Assembly (NCBI GenBank): GCA_041736175.1 | Contig: JBGSUI010000071.1 | Span: forward strand, 1-10,225 | DNA length: 10,225 nucleotides | Direction: 5' to 3' | From: Oligoflexales bacterium | GTDB lineage: Bacteria > Bdellovibrionota_B > Oligoflexia > Oligoflexales > CAIYRB01 | Shown here: in pieces, positions 1 to 6,911 of the stretch | How the letters are laid out: each line of letters starts with the position of its first letter | Position numbering within the stretch: position 1 is the stretch's first letter | The notes under the pieces: generated by a model | The model's input: only the letters and a program-made list of their open reading frames with translations | The model's database searches: none | What the model was told of the DNA's origin: nothing | Program-made: the position numbers and the translations under genes

Positions 1-58
1 GACTCATCCATGAGAGCCAGCAGGTCAATCCATTCTTTTGAACAATTGTTTGAACTCA

Positions 59-74
59 TGCCCAAATAGTGCCA
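59..74 (-). promoter_or_regulatory. Possible sigma54 -24/-12 promoter pointing out of the left edge
   Basis: The minus strand reads TGGCAC-TATTT-GGGCA. The -24 box is perfect and the GG-N10-GC spacing is correct, but the TT before GC is replaced by GG. It lies just downstream of the 83..349 gene stop. Confidence 0.35.
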
Positions 75-82
75 TAGTTTGC

Positions 83-349
83 TTACGCGGCCAATACATA
101 TTTTGTGAACTTGTCCAAGTAATTTTTACACACCTCCTTACGGCTGTGGTTCACCTCGCGCAAAAGCGAAACGGCTGCGTCTACTTGATGGGGCTCTACA
201 AAAAGCCCCAGCCCATCAAAGTCCCCTAGGGCAGGGGCCCGGCTGGAAAGTGGGTCCACCGCAAGCTTTGCGATGATCCCGTGGGACTTCAAAAAAATTT
301 GGGAATCCCGAGCAATCTGGCTCTCGTTATATTGTTCGACTAAGACCAT
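83..349 (-). CDS. Small DUF2007-like (putative signal-transducing) protein, 88 aa
   Basis: The pattern M-V-L-V...A...L-K-S-H-G-I...L-F-V-E-P-H-Q-V-D-A-A-V-S-L-L resembles DUF2007 (recognised by eye). A strong Shine-Dalgarno (AAGGAAGGTG) lies just upstream of the ATG. Confidence 0.75.
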   Translation of the reverse strand: MVLVEQYNESQIARDSQIFLKSHGIIAKLAVDPLSSRAPALGDFDGLGLFVEPHQVDAAVSLLREVNHSRKEVCKNYLDKFTKYVLAA

Positions 350-765
350 AAATCACCTTCCTTTCGCCTGTTAGAATTTCGGAATTTGTTTCAAGGTGTT
401 TAGAACCTTTTTATCAACTCCTAAATCGGATTAAGGTGATGAAACTTAAATTAATCTCATAAAAAACTGATATAATTGGATTAATGACCTTCTATTAACA
501 ATGAATTGAAATCTGCCACTTCGGCTTTTTTAAGTTTTAACAGCCAGTTTTTACGGCTGCTCCCTCGGCATAAAGTCCTAGGGGTTTTTATTCCATCCTC
601 AAAAGGAGCACCCACTCCCCTTAAGGATTTGTTTATGAGAGGAGTATGATAAAATCAAAAGGTTCTCTTCGACTCTCTTCAATCCCGCCGGTGCCCGTCT
701 ATTTGGTCGATTTTTAAGACCATATCAGTCTAAAGTGTCATAGTCTAAGTAAAACGAGGGTCTCT

Positions 766-1977
766 TTGGGTCTATTTAAAAAGATTGTGGTCGGTGTCTT
801 TGTGGGAGGCCTCGTGGCGTTCGGGACCGGCCTAGCAGTCTTCCACCATCTTGAGGATTGGGCCCAGTCGCCCTACAAGGTAGACCCCGCAAAAACTTTA
901 TCCTTTAAACCCGGGACCTCACTAGGACAGTTGGCAGCCCAATTGGAAGAAACCGGGATCGTGGACGATCAGAATAAGTTCCACTGGTATGTACGCCTCT
1001 TTGGTGAGTATCGCCTGTTTCAGGCTGGCCTCTACCAGTTCTCGGGTTCCGTGACGCCCGTCCAGGTGATCGAATCCATCCAATCGGGACTGGTTTACCG
1101 GGCAGTGGCCCTCCAAATCACCATTCCCGAGGGCTTTACCCTTAAGAATGTGACCGAACGCCTTGCGGCGAACGGAGTCGGCCATATTGTCAACTTACAA
1201 AATTTAGTCAAAGATCCTAAATTTATCGCCCAACTCAATATCAACGCTCCAACCCTTGAAGGATATCTTTACCCAGCAACCTACAGTTTCGAAACGGTCC
1301 CTTCCCCCCAAGTGGCTCTCACCAAGATGGTCCAAACCTTTTTTCAGCACCTCCCTAAAGACTACGAAGAAAAAATCAAATCCCTCGGCTTAACTCTCCA
1401 CCAAGCCGTCACCTTTGCCTCTCTCATCGAACTCGAAACCCAACTCGAAGAAGAGAAACCGCTGATCGCCGAAGTGATCTGGAACCGCATCAAAGCCAAG
1501 ATGCCCCTTGGAATTGACGCTGCTCTTATCTACGGCATCCCTGACTACAAAGGAGATATTTTGTGGTCCCACCTCTCAGACAAGACCAACCCCTATAATA
1601 CTCGGATCCACCAAGGGCTCCCGCCCACACCCATTGGCGCCCCAGGAGTCAACTCCCTCTTAGCGATCTTAAGCCCGACCACCCACGGCTACCTTTACTA
1701 CGTGTTAATGCCTGGTACCGTGCGGCACCATTTTTCCAAAACCCTGAAAGAGCACAACGAACAAGTCAAAAAGCTGGTGGAGGCTACTAAAAAGCCCGGA
1801 TCCACCTCCGATGCCACCACGCCCCCTCCCTCGGCTCCCTCAGCACCCTCGGCTCCAAGCCTGGCCCCAGATAATTCTGCCCCCAACAAACCTAAACCTA
1901 TTGCAAATGGCCAGAAAAAAAAGGCAAAATCTAAGAGTCCTAAAAAGCAACCCCCAGCCAAGAAACCTGGCCCTTAA
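766..1977 (+). CDS. mltG: Endolytic peptidoglycan transglycosylase MltG (YceG family) with an extra Pro/Ser/Lys-rich C-terminal tail
   Basis: N-terminal TM helix and family motifs QAGLY, ITIPEGFT, LEGYLYPATY, ASLIELET (catalytic Glu region), NPYNTR..GLPPTPI, YLYYV and HHFSKTLKEHN. TTG start with GAGGG upstream. Confidence 0.95.
   Translation: MGLFKKIVVGVFVGGLVAFGTGLAVFHHLEDWAQSPYKVDPAKTLSFKPGTSLGQLAAQLEETGIVDDQNKFHWYVRLFGEYRLFQAGLYQFSGSVTPVQVIESIQSGLVYRAVALQITIPEGFTLKNVTERLAANGVGHIVNLQNLVKDPKFIAQLNINAPTLEGYLYPATYSFETVPSPQVALTKMVQTFFQHLPKDYEEKIKSLGLTLHQAVTFASLIELETQLEEEKPLIAEVIWNRIKAKMPLGIDAALIYGIPDYKGDILWSHLSDKTNPYNTRIHQGLPPTPIGAPGVNSLLAILSPTTHGYLYYVLMPGTVRHHFSKTLKEHNEQVKKLVEATKKPGSTSDATTPPPSAPSAPSAPSLAPDNSAPNKPKPIANGQKKKAKSKSPKKQPPAKKPGP
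1826..1860 (+). repeat. Short 9-bp coding tandem repeat (PSA x3) in the MltG tail
   Basis: ccctcggct-ccctcagca-ccctcggct-ccaagc encodes PSAPSAPSAPS. Confidence 0.7.
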
Positions 1978-1990
1978 ACCCCTCATTGTT

Positions 1991-2005
1991 GGACCCCCTG
2001 GGTCC
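1991..2005 (+). other. Small GC-rich hairpin between mltG and the PilZ gene
   Basis: GGACCC-CCT-GGGTCC forms a 6-bp stem. No U-tract follows, so it is not called a terminator. Confidence 0.4.
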
Positions 2006-2026
2006 TGAGCACTAAGAAAGGTAACT

Positions 2027-2509
2027 ATGACAGCGCGAAAATCCCCCGGTCCCCCAAAACAGTCTCCTAAAGCTAAGAAAACCCTCCCCCATGGAGACCA
2101 TGACCTCGACAAAACGGTCGACCTAGCCTCCGCTAAAGAGGGACGCTCTGGACGTCGCATCCCGATCCAACTCCTAGTCGACTATAAATCAGGAGGTTCC
2201 TATCTCTTTGACTTTTGTAAGGACCTCGGCACAGGTGGTGTCTTTATCCAAACCGATAAACCCCTTCCCATGGGCTCCTCTATCGACTTGACCTTTACGA
2301 TTCCCGACAGCAAAGAAACCCTCGTCACGAAAGGCATGGTGATCTGGGTACAGTCTCCCGTAGCCGAAAAAGAGGATCTTGTAGCTGGTATGGGAGTGCA
2401 GTTTAGCGGCTTTTCGGGTGAGCAACGTCGCATCCTGGAAAACTTTGTCCAAAGGTACCATGGAGAAAAGCGGATCAAAGGAGCCCCTACTCCCAAAAGA
2501 GCTATTTAG
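2027..2509 (+). CDS. PilZ-domain protein (TIGR02266-like), putative c-di-GMP receptor
   Basis: RxxxR motif (RSGRR), D-x-G-x-G-G-V-F-I variant of D/NxSxxG, and typical G.VIWV and GMGVQF strands. SD AGAAAGG precedes the ATG. Confidence 0.88.
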   Translation: MTARKSPGPPKQSPKAKKTLPHGDHDLDKTVDLASAKEGRSGRRIPIQLLVDYKSGGSYLFDFCKDLGTGGVFIQTDKPLPMGSSIDLTFTIPDSKETLVTKGMVIWVQSPVAEKEDLVAGMGVQFSGFSGEQRRILENFVQRYHGEKRIKGAPTPKRAI

Positions 2510-2563
2510 CAGCCGCAAGTCCCAAAACAGATATTGTTTATTAAATCGATCTGTGGCTTAAAA

Positions 2564-2579
2564 TGGCATATCATTTGCA
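2564..2579 (+). promoter_or_regulatory. Sigma54 -24/-12 promoter
   Basis: TGGCAT-ATCAT-TTGCA matches TGGCAC-N5-TTGCW with exact spacing, in intergenic DNA upstream of the ricin/M6 gene. Confidence 0.75.
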
Positions 2580-2626
2580 ATAACTAAGCTACGCCTAATA
2601 GAAAGGCGAACTATCGATCAACCACT

Positions 2627-3916
2627 GTGAGTAAAGAGTATCAAGTGATGTTTAAAATCTTTAATGTCATCCATTGGTACAATTTATCTAATAAATACAG
2701 CATATTGATCTGGATTATCTCGTTTGGAGTCGGAGTAGGCTCATGTAGCGCGGAAGATATACATTTACGGCGAAACAAAGATTTAGCAAATAGCTCACAG
2801 CTCTATGCCATTCCTAATTTCCCATCGAAAGTCAAAATAGCCACTTTTGCTGACAAATGCCTAGACGTGCCTGATGGATCAATGGCCAATGGAGCCGGGC
2901 TTATTCAGTGGGATTGTCATGGCGGATGGAATCAGCAGTTCACCCTGGAAAATTTGGGCGATAACAAATTCAATATCAAAAACGATTACAGCAAAAAATG
3001 CCTGGACACCTTTGAGGGATCAGTAGCAAATGGAGCCAGGCTTATTCAATGGGATTGCCACGGCGGAACGAATCAGCAATTCACCCCGATCCATTTGGGT
3101 GATAACAAATTCACAATCAAGCCTGTTCATAGTGGCAAATGCCTTGATGTCCCTGATGGATCACAAAACAACGGTGATAGCATCATTCAATGGGATTGCC
3201 ATGGAGGATACAACCAGGGTTTTTCAATCTTGGGTACCCCTGACGATACAACCGTGGATCCATCGATTTGGTTTAAAGCAAACCATACTGTCATGGTTGA
3301 TGGAAGTCGCACCATCATCATTCCGAAAATGGAACCATCGCCAGGTAAAAGATTGGTCACCAGCCTTACCATTCTGGTTGACTTTCAGGATATGCCTAGC
3401 AGCATCTCCCCTGAAACAGTGGCTATTTCATTAAATAAAGATTTGAGGGATTTTTCAATCAAGAAAGCCAATATTGACTTACGTCATGTGATTATTAGCA
3501 CCTTTCGCTCATCCCGACCCTATTCCTACTTTATGGATCCAACATTTCCGGAAAAGGAAAATGAATATATCCGATCTCATCAGCTAGTTGAAGAACTATA
3601 TGGTAAACTCAATGAGGTCAATTTCGATTTTTCTACTCTGACTTTGCATAATTCATGGGGTGGTCCTGCGGTCCATTCGTTTGTTGTCTTGTTTGCCGCA
3701 GATAAAAATAGCGGTCGAGCTGGTTGGGCAAAGGGTCTATGGCCCGTAACAAGCTGGCTTCAGGGTAACGTAAGAGGAGCTCACTTTTCTCACTATCAGA
3801 TCTCGGCAATTGTTAACAATACGGATCTGCAAATGGGAACCATCGTCCATGAAGCCGGTCATCAAGTCCTTGGCCTGGGTGAAGAGCAGGGCGATTGGGA
3901 CTGGAGCAAGCGTTAA
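2627..3916 (+). CDS. Putative lipoprotein: ricin B-type beta-trefoil lectin domain plus an M6 (immune inhibitor A)-like metalloprotease domain, apparently C-terminally truncated
   Basis: Hydrophobic leader ending VGSC (lipobox-like). Three KCLD...QWDCHGG.NQ.F repeats. M6-like motifs LTILVDFQD, FDFS, GLWP, YQI and GTIVHEAGH. The stop comes 17 codons after HEAGH. The start could be ATG 2648. Confidence 0.8.
   Translation: MSKEYQVMFKIFNVIHWYNLSNKYSILIWIISFGVGVGSCSAEDIHLRRNKDLANSSQLYAIPNFPSKVKIATFADKCLDVPDGSMANGAGLIQWDCHGGWNQQFTLENLGDNKFNIKNDYSKKCLDTFEGSVANGARLIQWDCHGGTNQQFTPIHLGDNKFTIKPVHSGKCLDVPDGSQNNGDSIIQWDCHGGYNQGFSILGTPDDTTVDPSIWFKANHTVMVDGSRTIIIPKMEPSPGKRLVTSLTILVDFQDMPSSISPETVAISLNKDLRDFSIKKANIDLRHVIISTFRSSRPYSYFMDPTFPEKENEYIRSHQLVEELYGKLNEVNFDFSTLTLHNSWGGPAVHSFVVLFAADKNSGRAGWAKGLWPVTSWLQGNVRGAHFSHYQISAIVNNTDLQMGTIVHEAGHQVLGLGEEQGDWDWSKR
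2855..3225 (+). repeat. Three 141-bp (47-aa) intragenic tandem repeats forming the beta-trefoil
   Basis: aaatgc (KC) recurs at 2855, 2996 and 3137, exactly 141 bp apart, with clear DNA-level similarity. The third copy is partial. Confidence 0.9.
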
Positions 3917-3929
3917 GTTTTTTATCTAG

Positions 3930-4091
3930 TTAAGCGAGCGGCCCAAGAAACCCCATGCCTACTTTGGTCCAATTGTGCTCGATGCTAAAATTATTGTCAG
4001 CCTCCCAATCCTGATACACTCCAGTAGGTTTTTGATCCACGACCTCGCGCTGTTCATACAAAACTCCGGCTAATGCACGTTCCCAGGATGC
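3930..4091 (-). pseudogene. Possible 3' remnant of a gene (53 codons, no convincing start)
   Basis: The stop-to-stop frame ASWERALAGVLYEQREVVDQKPTGVYQDWEADNNFSIEHNWTKVGMGFLGPLA* looks protein-like and ends convergent with the truncated M6 gene. No homology was recognised. Confidence 0.25.
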
Positions 4092-4171
4092 TTAGCAAAA
4101 AGTAGTCCAGCGACATGGGCATTAGGCTAGGCACGTATGCTATCGATTGTGGTCTTGGGCACATTATGCCT

Positions 4172-4186
4172 TGGCACGATTTTTGA
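4172..4186 (+). promoter_or_regulatory. Sigma54 -24/-12 promoter (GA variant at -12)
   Basis: TGGCACG-ATTT-TTGA has a perfect -24 box including the following G, exact spacing, and C->A at -12. It lies 60 bp upstream of ATG 4247. Confidence 0.6.
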
Positions 4187-4246
4187 TGACCCGTCATGGC
4201 AACCGGATCTTTAACTCTTATCAAAATCAATTTCCAAGAGGTTTCC

Positions 4247-5317
4247 ATGAATCAAAGTCATTTATTTCTCCATGTATTCGGTCTAGGGTTGTTTACCATA
4301 TTGGGACTGGGGGGCTGCAATCTTGTAAAAAACAGTGACAGCACTACAAAAGCAACACCTGGTGACATTTTTAGCAATAACGAAAATATTACTGCTCCTA
4401 AGGGCACTCCTAAAGGCTTATACCCGGCCCGCACAGTCCAACGATGCCGTTACATTAATTCCAAGAAAGGACTTGTAACCGTCAGGATCGGGCTGCCAAC
4501 GGAGCGTTTTGCCGCGGAGCAGAGAAGTGTTTCCGAAGAAAAACAGATTTTGAACGACCTGGGAGATCCCACAAAGCCCTGGGATGGCGGTGTCAGCCGA
4601 GAAAGAAACGATCAAAAGTACCTCCTGGTGGAGTACACCAGAGATATGTGCGGCATTTCCAAGGTGCTCAAGGTACAAGAAAAACATTCTGGATTTGCTA
4701 GCATGCTAACGAACTATGTACCTAACTTTCAGGACGATACCCATGCCGGCGAGACGCATTGTGATTTACTGTCCCAGGGTGAGATTTCTCCTTCCCAGAT
4801 CAAGCCAGGCCAAATATTGCAAATTCCCATAAAATACGGGGTCACAACCTCTGGTATTTCGTTGAGCGTGCCATCCATTTTTATGAATTTTAAATTGACA
4901 TCCGTGGAATCATCCATACTCGACGCCCTAAAGGCTAAGATCCAACAGGTCTGCGGTGGCAATAAACCCCGCGACACCGTGCGCCTGAAGGGACACTTTC
5001 AGCCTTTTGAATTTTTCGACAAGAGTGGCAAGTTAACTCAGGGGCACCAACCCAACATCTTGTACCTATGGGGCCAGGATTTAGGAAAAGGAATGCCGGT
5101 CTTCCAGTCAACGATCGTTGCAGATTCCCATGACACCAGCGCTGATCATGAAAGGCCAGGCCTATTGGTTGGGTTCCTAAAGGAAATCGTAACCCCAGTA
5201 AAACTGCTGAAGGGAGTCGGAGTCTCAGACCCGGCTAAAGATTACAGAGATGCTTGGAACTACAATGTTGGAGAAAAAACCGAGTACTACCTGACTGTAG
5301 GCAATAGCTGCTTCTAA
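4247..5317 (+). CDS. Hypothetical lipoprotein, about 356 aa
   Basis: Long ORF (track start 4196). ATG 4247 is preferred because it has SD AAGAGG and gives the signal peptide MNQSHLFLHVFGLGLFTILGLGG-C with an LGGC lipobox. No domain was recognised. Confidence 0.8.
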   Translation: MNQSHLFLHVFGLGLFTILGLGGCNLVKNSDSTTKATPGDIFSNNENITAPKGTPKGLYPARTVQRCRYINSKKGLVTVRIGLPTERFAAEQRSVSEEKQILNDLGDPTKPWDGGVSRERNDQKYLLVEYTRDMCGISKVLKVQEKHSGFASMLTNYVPNFQDDTHAGETHCDLLSQGEISPSQIKPGQILQIPIKYGVTTSGISLSVPSIFMNFKLTSVESSILDALKAKIQQVCGGNKPRDTVRLKGHFQPFEFFDKSGKLTQGHQPNILYLWGQDLGKGMPVFQSTIVADSHDTSADHERPGLLVGFLKEIVTPVKLLKGVGVSDPAKDYRDAWNYNVGEKTEYYLTVGNSCF

Positions 5318-5328
5318 GCTAAGCCCAG

Positions 5329-6291
5329 TCACCTCCTGACGCCCAAGGAACCCAGGATCCCCGAAAACCAGGAAGCCCCCCGCTCAGAGACCAGCTCGTG
5401 GCTAGGGTGGATTTTAAGGGAGTTGCCCAGCTTGTTTAAAAGGACCCGGTCACCGGGTTCCTGATAATAGAGACCAAAATAGAACAGCTTTCCCCGCGCG
5501 GCCTGAATCATAACGCGCCGGCGAAGACCCCGTACCGGGTCTAAGTCTACAAAGATCCGCTGCCCTGAGTCCTGCCAAGTCACCTTTTGGAGCCTCCTCT
5601 CGGGGACCGGGGGAATTAGAGGGAAGAGTCCGTTTGTGGTCTCAGCCAGCTGGGATATCCAGGGCATAGCCTGCAACAACCGCGCAAATCGCCATTGCAA
5701 TTTCAAACGGAAGGTCAAGTTTCTTAAGGCTGCGAAATCGAGCAGCGTGGGCTGAGATTGGTACCAAACCACCAAAAAAGGCACGTAGGGCTGCTCTCCC
5801 CCATAGAGTTTTACAACGGTAGATGATCCCTGATCCCCAGGTCGGGCCCGTTTGGCAGACCTCGGGTAGATCGCAAGGATATAGGTGACCCCTTCCCCCT
5901 CGGGCCCAGCCGGGTCATAGGGAGAACGGGCAGCACTCTCCTTCTCGGCTTGGTGCTGCTCTATCAGACTTTGAATCTGCCTGGGAGTTTTAGTCTGGTA
6001 GTCTTTCCAAGGGATGCGAAACCGAATCCCCAAGTCCCGGTCGGAGAAAAATCTCCCCCTAGGGGGCTCGCCACTTACAAACCACTTGTTGAGGGAATCC
6101 ATGGTGTTCAAGGTTGTCATCGAGTGAATCGTCTCGGGCGTTGGTGTCTGCAGAACTCCCACAGTCTGTTTAGAAACTGCAAGAGGACTCAAAACCCCAA
6201 ACAAATAGAAGACCGACACCAGGACCACATCGTGCCCTTTCGCTCTGACTCGCCAGGAGCCTAAAAGAGGGATTGGTTTATGATAACACAA
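5329..6291 (-). CDS. Hypothetical, probably exported or membrane-anchored protein
   Basis: 320-codon ORF filling the space between neighbours, with a hydrophobic segment VVLVSVFYLFGVLSPLAVS near the N-terminus. The true start is uncertain; GTG 6228 is preceded by AAAGGG. Confidence 0.7.
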   Translation of the reverse strand: MCYHKPIPLLGSWRVRAKGHDVVLVSVFYLFGVLSPLAVSKQTVGVLQTPTPETIHSMTTLNTMDSLNKWFVSGEPPRGRFFSDRDLGIRFRIPWKDYQTKTPRQIQSLIEQHQAEKESAARSPYDPAGPEGEGVTYILAIYPRSAKRARPGDQGSSTVVKLYGGEQPYVPFLVVWYQSQPTLLDFAALRNLTFRLKLQWRFARLLQAMPWISQLAETTNGLFPLIPPVPERRLQKVTWQDSGQRIFVDLDPVRGLRRRVMIQAARGKLFYFGLYYQEPGDRVLLNKLGNSLKIHPSHELVSERGASWFSGILGSLGVRR

Positions 6292-6299
6292 TCCTCTCC

Positions 6300-6315
6300 T
6301 AGCAGGGGCCTGCTA
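6300..6315. promoter_or_regulatory. Palindrome in a divergent intergenic region (possible operator)
   Basis: TAGCAGG-GG-CCTGCTA is a perfect 7-bp inverted repeat between divergently transcribed genes. Confidence 0.35.
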
Positions 6316-6384
6316 ATGTTTGGTGGTTTGCGCGGGAGGACTGTGATAGAAAAATCAATGACGTTGTAACGGGGGCCCGCATCC

Positions 6385-6813
6385 ATGCAAAATAAAATCA
6401 AAGTTAAATGCAATGTGATCTGGAAACGACCTGACGGATTTCATGGGGCGAGCCCCAGCGACTTCAAAGTCGTCCATCTAAGTAACCAGCTTAAAATATG
6501 GCTTCACCTCCGGGATCAAACCAACTTTCCGTTCCGTATCGCCGGGGGATGGCAGGAAGAAGAGTCCACAGCAAGGTTAAACCAACTCATCAACCTCTTA
6601 GACCAAGATGACTATGTGTGGCGGGACGCCCTCGTCAAGATTTTTGACGACTCCATGGGTGATAACGCCGTCAAACATATAGACGACTTAGTCCTATGGA
6701 TCACTAAACTAAAATCCTATCTCAAGGGAGATACCTGGGAACTCGAAATCATGGGCCAGGCCCTTGACGACGTGATCCACCACCTCCACCAGGCCCGCGC
6801 TCACCTTCCTTAA
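6385..6813 (+). CDS. Hypothetical cytoplasmic protein, 142 aa
   Basis: ATG start, natural composition, Trp/Gly-rich motifs (WKRPDGFHG, PFRIAGGWQE) and a helical C-terminal half. No family was recognised. Confidence 0.8.
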   Translation: MQNKIKVKCNVIWKRPDGFHGASPSDFKVVHLSNQLKIWLHLRDQTNFPFRIAGGWQEEESTARLNQLINLLDQDDYVWRDALVKIFDDSMGDNAVKHIDDLVLWITKLKSYLKGDTWELEIMGQALDDVIHHLHQARAHLP

Positions 6814-6836
6814 CCCCCACCCCATAGAGGAGGTGT

Positions 6837-6852
6837 TGGCAAGAAGTTTGCA
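6837..6852 (+). promoter_or_regulatory. Sigma54 -24/-12 promoter
   Basis: TGGCAA-GAAGT-TTGCA has exact GG-N10-GC spacing and lies in the gap after the 6385..6813 gene. Confidence 0.6.
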
Positions 6853-6911
6853 TCATGTTTACACGTGAACCAAACTTGCTATTGCCTCACACCACCTTAC
6901 CTGGGATCTCT

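Noticed and set aside
1..229. ORF 38..229 (+) and a minus-strand frame from ATG 59 (MSSNNCSKEWIDLLALMDE) running off the edge
   Set aside because: The first is antisense to the DUF2007-like gene. The second is too short to evaluate and its ATG overlaps the putative promoter motif.
922..2518. Minus-strand and alternative-frame ORFs overlapping mltG and the PilZ gene
   Set aside because: They are shadow ORFs of well-supported genes with no recognisable motifs.
2855..3225. 141-bp repeats as a CRISPR array or DGR template/variable repeat pair
   Set aside because: The repeats are contiguous, in-frame protein repeats with no spacers. Differences are not restricted to adenines, and no reverse transcriptase or cas gene is present.
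3030..4977. ORFs 3030..3434 (+), 3187..3372, 4054..4248, 4147..4338, 4418..4687 and 4729..4977
   Set aside because: They overlap the longer lipoprotein genes or the promoter motif and lack protein-like features.
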